From positions 95,976,001 to 96,040,000 of the forward strand of contig OZ024741.1 of NCBI GenBank assembly GCA_964016885.1: 64,000 nucleotides of DNA, in the 5' to 3' direction. This DNA comes from Eledone cirrhosa. Taxonomy: Eukaryota. A program made the translations under genes and the position numbers. Below, piece after piece: positions 26,365-39,363 of this stretch; position 1 is the stretch's first letter; every line of letters starts with the position of its first letter. A model generated the notes under the pieces. The model worked only from the letters and a program-made list of their open reading frames with translations, was not told the origin of the DNA and ran no database searches.

Positions 26365-26574
26365 AGGGCTGTGGATTGGCAGTATCGGAAGAGGGTTCGA
26401 CACCATGCTTTTCAGCACAGAGTTACGGCCCTTTATGATCTGAGTTCAAACCCCGCCGAGGTTAACTCTGTCTTTCATCCTTACGGGGCCGATAAAATAA
26501 AGTACCAGTCACGCACCGGTGTCGATTTAATCGACCCCCCCCCAATTGCTGGCCTTGTGCCTATATAAGAAACC
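26365..26574 (+). mobile_element. tRNA-derived SINE family A, full length, 18-bp TSD
   Basis: A box TGGCAGTATCGG, B box GAGTTCAAACCC, body CTTTCATCCTTACGGGGCCGATAAAATAAAGTACCAG; TSD GTTATTACTGGAGGTAGT at 26347-26364 and 26575-26592. Confidence 0.92.
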
Positions 26575-27614
26575 GTTATTACTGGAGGTAGTGATTGTTG
26601 GCTCGTTCTTGTTCTTATTAAACCTCAAATGGGCCATGAACCAGTTGATCCTTGATCAAACGCAATCCAACTATGAACACCCCCATCTTGTTATTAGTCA
26701 CAGTGTATCCAAGACTATATTATACAGTGCCATCGTTTCTTACCGCTCACTCCACAATACCAAAACAAAACAAAAAAGTAAACTCGTTTATAATTTGATG
26801 TAAATTTGGATGCAAATAAAGTGAACACGTAGAGAGAGGCTCCCCGTTACTGCTGCCTTTGCTGCTGCTACTGTTATTGCTTCAACTACTGCTGCTACTG
26901 CTTTAGCTGCCCCTGTTGATAGATGTGTTATGGGTTGTGATGTTGTTGCTATAATCGTTGCTATTGTTTGTAGAAGTGAGTGAAGGGAGAAGGTCAGAAG
27001 TCATCGAATATGAAGATTGAAATGACCACCGCCACAACCACCCTCATAACTTGCTGATTTCGATATTCAATATGTCGCCCGACTGGTAAATTGAACGATT
27101 ACGTTCAGCACGAATCTTTCAATGTCTGACAAAATTGTCATTTAATTGTGACACTTACGTTCACCGAGGGGGGTTGTGAGTGGATACTCGGGAGGATGGG
27201 ATGAACGACATTGATTTTAGGAGTCGTTGGGATAGTAAGGTTTAAACACTGGTTGTAAATTTATAGTGGGTAGTATTGGCTGTCTTCGTAGTAGAATGTA
27301 ATATTGTAATGGAAGTGTTAGGGAGAAACGAGAACGTACATACACACACATACACACATACACACACACATGTATATATATTTATGTGTGTATTTGTGTG
27401 TGTGTGTGTGTGTATGCATGTGTTTTTGATTTTATAGCTGTAATAACTAGAGTAGCAGGTAAAGGGGTTATTCTTTATTTCTTCTCTAATTATATATATA
27501 TATATATATCACATACACACACGCACACACACACATATAAATACACACACACACACACACACAAACACACAAACACACAAACGCAAACATATATATATAT
27601 ACCTCCCCACACAC

Positions 27615-27674
<60 letters not shown>

Positions 27675-28145
27675 TGTTTATTAACGAAGCTGTCAATGTC
27701 AGGAAATAAGACATCACATTACCACAAAGACATCTCTAATGATGCCCAGGGTGACAATATAGGAAGGGGAAGACATATGTCAATTTCACCTGTCTGTATT
27801 CCAACCCGTGAGAAAAGCGGTTCAACCTTCACATGTGGCTCCCATGAAAAGCCCTTTGAAAAAAGAAAAAAGTCACATAGATGAAATTATATCTGTAATG
27901 AGAATTTGGAATCTTTTCCGTTAAAGAGCAGTGTGTGATAGAGAAGAGTGGCTGAGTAGATGTAAGATATAGAAAGGGGAGAGGGGCTTAAAGAGAGACA
28001 GAGGGAGTTAGAGCTATAGAGAAGGAAGTGTTAAGAGAGGTACAGTGTGAATAAGAAAATCCGAAAGCAATTTTATGGGGTGTGTGAATGATGTAAAACT
28101 TTTATTGTTGAAAGCAGAAGCTCAATAAATATAATGGAATCCATA

Positions 28146-28243
28146 CAGAACTGAGTAAATTGAATAGTTGAAGTATACAGAGATAAGACCAGTTTCTAGA
28201 AGATTAGATTGATCTTCCACATAATTCTTTATCGTCAGCCAGT
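28146..28243 (-). ncRNA. Hammerhead-like motif, core intact, stem I weak
   Basis: CTGACGA-TAAAGA...TCTTCTA-GAAA-CTGG-TC (or an ACTG/CAGT stem III with a long loop). Confidence 0.45.
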
Positions 28244-28417
28244 CTTTATCTTGATTAAGGACGTTAATATTGGTTTAGATATTGACCTAAACCGAGGCCT
28301 AACGTTATGGTATCGGAGCGGAGAATGAAATGGAAAATGAAAAAAAAAGGGTGAATATAAAAGATAAATACACACATACACACATACACACATATGCATG
28401 TATATATATATATATAT

Positions 28418-28461
<44 letters not shown>

Positions 28462-28904
28462 TGTGTTTGTGTGTGTGTGTGTGTGTGTACACATGTGTAT
28501 ATATATATATGTATATATATAGAGAGAGAGGGGAGGAGAAAGTGAGAGGGTGAAGAGCGGAAGAGAGAGATAGATAGAGAGAGAGTGAGCGAGAGAGAGA
28601 GTGAGAGAGAAAGAGAGAGAGTTAATGTGGTGGTGGGGTATAGAGAGACCGTATGAAGAATAGATAGAGATAGATTACCAAGTAAGATTTAATAGATTAC
28701 GCGAAGAATTAATACAAACTTTGAATTCTGCAATTCCAATTTCGCCATCTCTTATTGAAAATACATTGTCAGCATTTGCTGTTCTTTAATACTGTCCAGA
28801 GTTTAGCTGAATATATCTGTTATGTAATTAATGTTTTTTCTTATAAATATATGAACTGACATGCAGCCTTGAAGGTTTGAACCAGAGATAAGGGCTTGAA
28901 CAAA

Positions 28905-29340
28905 AAGAGAGAAAGAGAAAGAATGTGAGACGGAGAGAGAGAGAGAGAGGGAGAGGGAGAGAGAGAGAGAGAGAGAGGGGAGAAAGCGAGAGCAAGTGAG
29001 AAGGAAAAAATGAGAGAGATAGAAAAGGGGAGAGAGAATGAGAGAGGGAGGAAGTGACAGAGAGAAAAAGAGAGAGGGGGAAATAGAGAGGGAGGGAGAG
29101 AGAGGGAAAAAGAGAGAGGGAGAAAGAGAAAAGAAAGAGGGAGGGAGAAAGAGAAAAGAAAGAAAGGGGAGGGAGAAAGAGAGAGGGAGAAAGAGAGACG
29201 GATAAAGAGAGAGGGAGGTAGTGAGAGAGAGAGGAAGTGAGAGTGAGAGTGAGAGTGAGAGAGTGAAAGAGAGAGAGGGAGAAAAGAGAGATAGGTAGAT
29301 AGATACATAGATAGAGACAGAGATGAAGAGAGAGAGAATG

Positions 29341-29390
<50 letters not shown>
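28905..29390. repeat. GA-rich low-complexity tract ending in (GA)n
   Basis: Direct reading. Confidence 0.95.
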
Positions 29391-29392
<2 letters not shown>

Positions 29393-29729
29393 CGTTGAGA
29401 GAGGGATCGAAAGAGTTAAATCTAGAGGAGGTTTTAATTGTTTGGCAGATTTAATATAGTGAGCAAATATATAATATGTGATTTCACTATTCCCTCCTTT
29501 TAACCTACCTTCCTTCAGTCATTCATGTTGAATTGGTAGATTGAAACGGTTGACACCTCTCACTTGCTGTCTCTTTATATTCTGGTAGTGTGAAGAATTT
29601 TATTTTCCATTCTTATCATACATGGCCTGAGAGTTGATTGAATACCTGTAAGGGGAATAACAGAAATTATTGCCAGGAACCGCCCCTAGCATAAACAAAA
29701 AGTCTTAGTCTTCGAAGAATCAACAGTGT

Positions 29730-29773
<44 letters not shown>

Positions 29774-29781
29774 ATAATAAT

Positions 29782-30281
29782 GGTTTCACAAGGCCAGCAA
29801 TTTTGGGGGAGGGGAAAGTCGATTAAATCGACCCCAGTGCGTGACTGGTACTTTATTTTATCGACCCCGTTAGGATGAAAGGCAAAGTTAACCTCGACCA
29901 TAAAAGGCGTAACTCTATGTTGCAAAGCAGGGTGTCCGGTGCTCTACCGATACTGCCAATCCACCATGGTTTCTGATTTAGGCTCAAGGCCAGCAAGTTA
30001 TGGGGAGAGGAAATTCGATTAAATCAACCCCTATATTTGATTGGTACTTTTTTATTGACCCCGGAAGGATGAAAGATTCGCATAAGGTCAACAATTTGGA
30101 GGAAGTGGTGAGTCAATTATAGTGACCCCAGTACTTGACCAGTACTTTATTTTATTGACCCCGGAACGATAAAAGGCAAAGTTAGCCTCAGTAGATTTGA
30201 ACTCAGAACACAAAAATGCCAGAACAAATACTGCAAACATTTGTTCGACGATTTAACAACTCTACCGATATCCATCGCCTT
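29782..30281 (-). mobile_element. Three tandem SINE family A copies/fragments (29782-29965, 29967-30075, ~30090-30281)
   Basis: Repeated TGGTACTTT..TTTAT(C/T)GACCCC blocks; CCGATACTGCCAATCCACC head. Confidence 0.88.
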
Positions 30282-30739
30282 TCAGATAAAGAGAGAATCG
30301 ATGAAAAACAACGGAAATTATTATAAAAAAATAAAAGCTAAATTGAAAATAGTAAATAGCGAGTATATGAATAATTTATATAATCACCACTTTACTGTTT
30401 ATATATTTATTATTTATTTTTATATTTTTCATTTATTCCTTTATTTATCTTTGCAAAATTAATAACAGTAAGGATAAAAATCAGTAGGGAAATTGGCATG
30501 AAAATCGGTTTAGAAAGATGAACCAAGGTAACCATGAAGAGGGGAGAATTAATATATATAAAGAAACAAAGATACGCGAATTAGATCAAACATAGGCTTG
30601 TAAAATACTTAGAAATTAATGAACTAGACATAGTATAACACACACAAACGAGAAACAAGTTGAAGAGGCAAAATTATGGAAGCATTATGTTAACACTTAA
30701 GTTTCAGCAAAATGCCAAAAATAAATTCATTATTCTCCA

Positions 30740-31296
30740 GCGACAACCTGGTGCAATCTGCGACTGCTGCACTTCGGACTGAGGAGGGTAAACTCTCCAA
30801 GTATCGGTCGCTCTCCGACAGGTTTGCAGTGGAGCCCCTAGAAGTGGAGACTTTTGGTGTCCTTGGCCCTAGGACTACGCCCCTATTCACCACCATAGTC
30901 ATTGAGCTGGCTAGCCGCATGTGTGTGTCTCACGAGATGGAATGACTCTTCCAGCGCATCTCTCTCACCATCCCTCGGGGAAATGCCTTCTCTATTCTGT
31001 CCGCCGGGGCCTTGGGGCAGCCAGCGCGTGGGACTCCATTTGCTCATACCAGTAAGAGATGGGGAGGGTGAGAGAGACAGAAGCGATGACAGTGGGAGTT
31101 TGGCTCCTCTGTGTTCGGACCTGGTGTACGTGTGTGTATGTTTACTTCTAACATCCCATATTATATGCTTGGCTAATTGTAGACTATAGTTTATATTGTA
31201 ATTCCTAATTATCAGTATTTTATCTGTTGCAACGAGTACTTTCGGATATAGTTGTGTAGTTTGTAAGTTTGTTTGACATTTATAGAGTTCTGTATT
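30740..31296 (+). mobile_element. CRE-like non-LTR retrotransposon 3' end (restriction-like endonuclease remnant + 3' UTR)
   Basis: AALRTEEGKLSKYRSLSDRFAVEPLEVETFGVLG..*LFQRISLTIPRGNAFSIL matches the CRE-type K..KY..P...ET.G..G / FQR.S..IQRGNA pattern. Confidence 0.75.
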
Positions 31297-32256
31297 CATT
31301 TCCACTGTGGGCCACGTTGAACAAAATTCGTAGCCTCGAATAAAATTCGGTAGACGGAAACTACACGGAAGCCTGTCAAATGGACGAGATTTAACCGGTG
31401 TCCCAGTTTAACACTACGAACTGATAATCTAGCGAATGGTTTTATTTTCCCCCTTTCTCGCGAGTCGCTGGCAACCGATCCAGAGTATTCGGATAACGTA
31501 AAAAGATGGATGAAAAAAGGGAACATAATAATCAAGGAAAAGAATATATTCATTTAGAATGTACCGCTCAAAAGTCGACACAGAAACATTTGTATATATA
31601 CAGGGAGGTAGGGATATTTACAATTACAAAACTATTAAAAAAAACCCAACCGTATGTCTATCCAAATATTTAGTAAATTTTAAAAGGAAAATAATACAAA
31701 AGGTTACTATATATGTATAAAAGAATTGTTTTATTTTTAAAGAGAATTAACATATCTTGTCACGAACATACTGTAATCAACTTTTTCTCTGATCTTATGA
31801 CTTTGTGTTTAATGGGACATGACCAAAAATATTGCAAACAAAGATTAACCCATCTACTTGGTAAAATTTGCGTTTTTGTACAGTTTCTCTGTATGAGAAA
31901 TGCGTGCTTTTTCTAAAACACCCATTTTCACTACTGGTGGTAATGAAAAACATTTCATTTTCAGTTGATATCCCTTGTTCAAAAGGTTTTCAAAGAAGAG
32001 ATTAAACACTCCTTTAATCGCAGTTTTGGTTTGTGTTGATCGTACTTTCCTTATATAAGCTTCTTTGAAACATCTGGTTCCGGTTCTTCTAACAATTCAG
32101 TCGTGACCAATGAAAAAGTCTATCTGTGCATTATTGTTTCAATTTTTAAGATATTGGCTCCTTTCATAATTTCTGTGTCGAGATTCTACGAAGAGCAACT
32201 GATATTATAATTATGTCTGAAATATAATTCATATTATATATATATATATATGTATG

Positions 32257-32760
32257 TTTTCTCTTTCTCTTAATTTCGAGTATATTTTTTTGACCGGCCA
32301 CCTTCCTGGTGGCAAGGTTGTAAAAGAAAAGAAATTGTCATCCCTTGAATCGCAAGAATGTTTTGCAAATTTTGAAGGTGCCAGCTATCGCAGCCATTTG
32401 TAGACTATGAATTAGGGTGCTGCGCTTTTTGTCCGCAAATCCAAGTTCAGTCATACTTTGGTCCAAGCGGGTTGGTATATAACCCGTAGCACCAATAATG
32501 ATGGGTATGAAGCTAAAGGTGTATCTTGGATACTGGATTTGTAAACTCCTCATCAATGGTCCGTAGATGTCCTCCTTCTCCTGTATTTTTCTGACAACGT
32601 TTACATCAAGTGGGCAGCTGATCTCCACAACAGAACACGTTTTCAATGTGTGGTCCAAACTACAATATCAGGCCGGTTGTGCTTTAATTTGGTGGCAGTT
32701 TTTATTTTCAGGTTCCACCAGTATTCCTTAGTGCCATCTGTCTCAATATATTCTTCCTCG
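32257..32760 (-). mobile_element. R4/Dong-like retrotransposon 3' fragment (PD-(D/E)xK endonuclease + 3' UTR)
   Basis: EYWWNLKIKTATKLKHNRPDIVVW / CSVVEISCPLD..KIQEKEDIY..FIPIIIGATG with one frameshift; 5' end abuts (CATA)n, 3' end runs into CATACATA. Confidence 0.85.
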
Positions 32761-32854
32761 TATGTATGTATGTATGTATGTATGTATGTATGTATGTATG
32801 TATGTATGTATGTATGTATGTATGTATGTATGCATGTATGTATGTATCTCTCCA

Positions 32855-32922
<68 letters not shown>

Positions 32923-32923
<1 letters not shown>

Positions 32924-33682
32924 ACTAGAAATTGATTAACATATAAATAAACATGAATAATCACAGGAGATAATTTTTACAAGTGTGTAAGCACACATAG
33001 CTAGGTTAACCAGAACTTAATTTTGGATATAGATATATAAATATGTATATATATAAATATATATATATAAATATATATATATATGGCGCATGTCTCGGAC
33101 ATGACTCCCTTAATTTAATTTAATTAAATTTATTTCGGATATATAAACGGCTCCTTAATTGTAGAGCTAATTCGGTTGAATGGACTCGGCTGCTATTTAT
33201 AGCTGTCACGCCAATGGGAGGACGCTAGCATGTTGTTAGTAGTTTTAGAATTGCAACACGTGCGACGGGTCACTCGCAGATTTGCATTAGATGTATAAAC
33301 ACAGATAGTTAAATCTTCTCCCTTGCTGAAGATCCGTTTTTGACTACTGTGACTTAACGGATTAATGGTGAAATATATTTCTTTAATGAAATATATACAA
33401 GGAGGATTAATCATTTTTTAAAAGGTAATATTTGAAGCTCTAGTTAAACTTTAATTAGTTACCTACCTAGCTATGTGTGATTACACACTTTACAAATTAT
33501 CCCCTGCGATTGTTTCATGTGTTTATTTTAAATATATATATATATGTCAATCAATTTCTAGTTGATATAAAATGCTCGGACCTATTCATTGGAATCTTTG
33601 AGCTTATTCTACGGTGGATATGGCGCATGTCTCGGACATGACTCCCTTAATTTAATTTAATTAAATTTACTTCGGATATATA
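32923..33682 (+). mobile_element. Non-coding element with ~65-bp terminal direct repeats and an upstream inverted partial copy (Penelope pLTR / retrozyme-like)
   Basis: Direct repeat at 33081-33145 and 33618-33682; inverted repeat 32923-33006 vs 33465-33563; contains hammerhead 33321-33402. Confidence 0.75.
33321..33402 (+). ncRNA. Type-I hammerhead motif, core intact, two hairpins in the stem II position
   Basis: CCTTG-CTGAAGA-[TCCGTT..AACGGA][TTAA..GAAAT..ATTTC..TTAA]T-GAA-ATATAT-A-CAAGG. Confidence 0.6.
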
Positions 33683-33727
33683 TATGTATGTAAGTATATA
33701 TATGTATATATGAATGTATCTCTCTCT

Positions 33728-33788
<61 letters not shown>

Positions 33789-33949
33789 CTCTCTCTCTCT
33801 CTCTATATATATATATAGATGCTAAATTTGTCAGAACATACATAACATCTCAATGAAAAGACATCGCTATAAAAATCACATTGAGAGAGGTGCTTCTACA
33901 GTAATCAACTCCTCGGTGATTTTGTATAGCATGTTCTATATGTGTGTAT

Positions 33950-33980
<31 letters not shown>

Positions 33981-34250
33981 CACACACACACACACATATA
34001 TATAGGTGTATAGGTGCAAGATAATTGCGTCCGTAGGCGGTATACCGGGTAAGCACCCGATGTTCGCGCAGAGCGGAGTATAATAGTATAAGAATAAAGG
34101 AACAAAGAAATATTTATATGCCCCAGCATGACCGTGGTATACTATATGAAACAAGTAAAACAATCGAAGAATAATAGGATATATAAACATATGTGTGACC
34201 ACGTGCGTGTGTGTGTGCGTGTGCGTGTGCGTGTGTGCGTGCGCGCTCGC

Positions 34251-34281
<31 letters not shown>

Positions 34282-34544
34282 ATTTACATGAATCTTTTTA
34301 AATAGATATTGATGTTTCTTGGCAGAGGTTTCGGTTTTTGTCAAAGATAAAAGCTTACATCATATAGATGTACAAATGTCGCTGAAAACGTCTGATGAGT
34401 GCGCCAAGAGATTTCGAATCTGATATCGAAATAATTAAAAATGGTAATACCAATCTCTGCGTCAGGGTATGTCTAGCTATGACAAAGGTGTTTCTTCTAA
34501 AGCAAAGTGTACATAACGTAAGCAAATAGATGCATGCACATACA

Positions 34545-34800
34545 TACAGGCATACTTACATACCTACCTACCTACCTACCTACCTACCTACCTACCTACC
34601 TACCTACCTACCTACCTACCTACCTACCTACCTACCTACCTACCTACCTACCTACCTACCTACCTACTTACCTACCTACCTACCTACCTACCTACCTACC
34701 TACCTACCTACTTACATAGCTACCTACCTACTTACCTACCTACCTACCTACCTACCTACCTACCTACTTACATACCTACCTACCTACCTACCTACATACA
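34545..34800. repeat. (CTAC)n/(CATA)n microsatellite, the tail of the adjacent RTE LINE
   Basis: Direct reading; contiguous with the LINE 3' end. Confidence 0.9.
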
Positions 34801-36960
34801 TAGTGGCTGCAAACTCGTGTTCGAGCATTGCCATCACCTGATAAAATGCTAAAGAATGTGAGGGACGAATGTGGCTCTTTAAACCAGCCAAAGCCTTGCA
34901 CCCTCTGGCACACACATGGCAACTGTAGGCTCTTCTGGGACTTTCAATTGTTTGGTTCTGACTGTGTGTCCTCATATGTCATTTAAGTCTTTCCATGCTT
35001 GCACATTCCTCGCTACATTCCTTACACCTTTTCAGATTATAATCTCTACATGAAGTCTACTGATATGACTTTGTTCATGTCTAATGAAACCAGCTTTGCT
35101 CAGATAGACTCGACCACAGTGCTGGCAAACCAGATGTTGCTCAACAGCAGGCAGTTCAGAACAGTCCCGTTTCCTCGCCTTCCTTTTCACTGTTAGGTGT
35201 TCACTTCCTGACTTGATGAAACGTCTCCACTTCACCCTCTTCATTTTCTCCCAACCGTCAGGTGAAATTCCAGCGCAAGCCAAGGTACCCCTGACACAGT
35301 CCCAGTACCACATCTTTGGTTTGTGTAGTGGTCGCCTTCCTTCGCACAGGAAGTAGAGAAGTTGCTTTGGAATACGATCATCAGCCATCCGGACCACGTG
35401 ACCGCACCACCTCAAGCGATGCCGAACGATAATGCTCTCTATGCTCATGCCCCTGCTCCGTTCGAGAGCTTCCAAATCACTGACGAATATTTTCCATCGC
35501 CCACCCATGTATCTTACGAAGAGATTGTTGGTGAAACCTATCCTGTTCCTTGAGGTGCTTTCTGTATGTGACCCATGTTTCACAAGAATAAAGCAAAGAA
35601 GAGACGACACAAGTCAGATACACCGTTACCTTGGTTTCAATGGTAATACCTCGTCTGGACCATACATGTTCATTCAGCCGTCCAAAAGCATCACTGGCTT
35701 TCCTGATCCTTAACGATATCTCATGATCAAGTGTCCATGAATTGTTCAACGTACTATCAAGGTAAACAAACTTGTCAGCAATTTTAGCCTCTTTCCTTAC
35801 ACATACACGTTTGGTGTAGAGTATTCTTTCCCAGGTGCTGGCTGATACATCACAACAGTCTTTTCCAAGCTTATTGTGAGGCCCAAAGCGCTGCAAGCTT
35901 CAGAAAAAGTGTTCATAATATGCTGCATGTCACTTTGTGAGAGAGAAAAAAGATCGCAGTCAACTGCATACAAAAACTCTCGGATTATAGATGTTAATAC
36001 CTTCGTGCTTGCACCAAAGCACCTGATGTTGAACAACCTTCCTGAAGTGCAATACCTGATGTAAACTCCACGCGAACAATTCTTCCTGAATGTCATGAGA
36101 AACACTATCGTAAAATATAGGGAAAACAGAGTTAGAGCCGGAATTTACCCCTGCTTCCCTCCATTTTCCACTGATATTAGTTCAGACATGTTACCACCAA
36201 TACTGACCCAAGCCTTCATGTCATCATGAAAAAACGCAGAATTTTTGCAAACTTTGGAGGGCAAACAAGCTTTTCCAAAACCTTCCACAACGCAGTTCGA
36301 TTGACGATGTCAAAGGTCTTTGTCAAGTCAAGAAAGACTTGGTAAAGGTCCATACATTGTTCGATACACTTTTCTTGCTGCTGCCATGCAGAAAAGATCA
36401 TATCCACTGTTCCTCTTTCTTTTCAGAACCCACACTGTGACTCAGGCAACACATTCAGAGCAACCTTTCAGATCAATTTATCCATCAAAATTCGACACAT
36501 GACTTTACTAACTACTGAAAGAAGTGATATGCCACGATAATTGTCACATTTGTCTTTCCCACCCTTTCCTTTATGGAGAATCACCATAGCGTATTCTTCC
36601 AATCTTGTGGGCCACTCTCATCTTCCCACACCTTTTTCATGAGGTCAGTCAGGCGCTGCGTGAAGTTGACACCACCGCACTTCAAAACTTCTGCACTCAG
36701 ACAATCCATACCAGGAAACTTACCATAGTTCAGCTTAAGCCTAGCAGAAGTCACCTCTGCAAGAGAAGGTACATCAGCCATCTCATGCTTCACTGGCTCA
36801 ATAGGAATGGAGCAAATGAAATCATCATCAACTTGGGATGGTTGGTTCAAGAGCTCATCAAAGTGATCTCTCTATCTGTCGAGTATGTCTTTTGGATAGC
36901 GCATTAACTATTTGCCATCTTTCGATCTCAAAGGTGCCATTGGTGAGCTGAAAGGGCCAT
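34800..36960 (-). mobile_element. Decayed 5'-truncated RTE (BovB-like) LINE: RT domain and two C-terminal C2H2-like fingers
   Basis: GKFPGMDCLSAEVLKCGG, FLDLTKTFDIVNR, IREFLYAVDC (YADD decayed), LGLTISLEKT, RLRWCGHVVRMADDRIPKQLL, CQHCGR..H..SH, CHVCAR..SH; frameshifts and stops. Confidence 0.93.
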
Positions 36961-36985
36961 GCACTTCTCTGAGTAGAGTGTGCTA

Positions 36986-37290
36986 ACATACATACATACA
37001 TACATGCATACATACATGGTGGCTGCAACTCGATTTCGAGTAATGCTATCGCTTTATACTTAAGCATGGGCATCACAGTCCTGCTAGGGACTTGCCTATG
37101 GCCAGCAATACCATGAACTGCAAAAAATGTCACATATCAAACGATCCCTGAGCTTGAAGCTTTTTTAAGTGAGGAAAGGCTTTGCACAGAGCCAATGCCA
37201 AAATGAACTGGTCCACATCATTTAATGCAATCGAAGTTGCTGGTTTTATATCTTAAGGAAAACTAGGAGTCTCTCGCTACACGGAAAAAG
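36986..37290 (-). mobile_element. RTE-derived non-autonomous element fragment with (ATGT)n tail
   Basis: CATACATGGTGGCTGCAACTCGATTTCGAG matches 49105 and the reverse complement of 18860-18890. Confidence 0.7.
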
Positions 37291-37392
37291 ATTATAAATA
37301 CATAAATACATACATACATACACACATACATACATACACACATATACACATACATAATACATACATACATAAATACATACATACATACATAC

Positions 37393-38312
37393 AAACTTCC
37401 ACATCAACAGTGACATAGAACGCCTTTACTTGAAACGTAAGCAGGGAGGCAGAGGCCTAACATCAGTCCAGACAGCATTTGAATGTCACATCATATCACC
37501 CCGACAACATCTATGAACCTCGAAGCGTAGGAGCCCGTCTCTCAAGCAAGTCTATCTGCATGAAACAGATAAGATCATGAGAGTTGGGAAGGAACTCCTC
37601 GAGAGATATTCCCTGTGTGATAATCAAAAACTCACACCCAGAGAAGTCGCTCAGCAGTATCGCAGTGAATCCATGGATGAAAAACTGCATGCTTATCAGC
37701 AAAAAATCATGAATGGATATGTTGCCAGGAAGCTCCAGAGTGAGAGTAATATAGATAAGGAAAGTAGTCTATCTTGGACCAACAACCGCTATATTGGCAC
37801 CCACTTTGAAGGATACGCTTTTGCAATCCAAGAACAGGAAATTAACACGAAATACTGATTCACAAAAGAGATAGGGATGCAGGCAAACGCCTAGATGTGA
37901 TGACAAGTGCAGACTCTGCAGAATTAACATCGAAGATGTCACCCATGTCATCAGCAGCTGTCCAAAGATGTCATTACACCTTCAGATTTATGCCTGTGAT
38001 TATTGGGGCACTGGGGTATGTTAGTAACTGCCTCAATACAAATCTTGAGAAGCTAGGCTTCACAGGAACAGAAAGAACACAACTAGTTAGGAAATTACAA
38101 GTACAATCCTGTGAAGCCTAGCATCTCAAGATTTGTATTGAGGCAGTTACTAACATACCCCAGTGCCCCATGCATGCATACATACATATCTACCTAGTTG
38201 ATGTTGTGTAAATTCCAATGAGAGAGTCTTGTGTCTATGTTAGAAACCGACTCTCTCTCTATTGGTAAAAATTTGTGAAATTATAAAACCAGAAGAACAT
38301 ACATACATACAT
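37393..38312 (+). mobile_element. R4/Dong-like retrotransposon 3' part (post-RT region, CCHC knuckle, partly deleted endonuclease, 3' UTR) inside (CATA)n
   Basis: HINSDIERLYLKRKQGGRGL, FEGYAFAIQEQEINTKY, CRLCRINIEDVTHVISSCP, MPVIIGALGYV; (CATA)n on both flanks. Confidence 0.9.
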
Positions 38313-39179
38313 GTAAATAGTGTCTGAAGCATAGACTCTTTTCCTACTATATCAAGCGTTAAACTAATATATTTCTTCATTGTACTCTATTGTTAGCTTT
38401 GTCGTTTCCGTTTACCTTTTGCATACATCATACATACCATCACACTACCACACACACACACACACACACTCTTTCACACACACACACGCACCCACACACA
38501 CACTCTCTCTCACACACACACAAACACACGTTTGGAACTCCATACACATTTATATATATATACGAATTCGTACACTCGCTAGGAACTATGCATTCATATT
38601 TATTCACCTGTACCCATATATCTTGCCCACAAATTCACAAATAAACACATACAAATAAAAACCCGCACTTACAAACTCAGATACACACCTGTAAAACCCC
38701 AAAAGAAACACATATTCAGTAAGACACACATTTATGAAATTACACTTACACATATACAAGATTGCGAACACTCAGACACATATTCACAAAACAATACATA
38801 AATATATGAAATCACATTCACACAGCCATATATGCGCATAGAAGAACCACACACCCATTAAATTCATGCACAAATGAAATCAAATACACATGCACACTCA
38901 CCTAAACACTTCCTATACACATGTAAACAATCTTATACATTTATTCATACAGAAACGCACGACTGCACATACTCACATAGATAAGAGCAGGCACACATAT
39001 GAAATCAAATACATTTTCATGCACATATGCAAAACTACATGCACATACACTCATACATACACTGTGTGTACTTACACACATAAATCCGTATAGAAACATA
39101 GAGAATACCAACAGACATATATATACGATCATAAAATATCACAAACATACTGTACATAAACATATATATCAAGCATAAA

Positions 39180-39363
<184 letters not shown>

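Noticed and set aside
34383-34445. CTGATGA...GAAA possible hammerhead
   Set aside because: No convincing stem II closure, stem III or stem I
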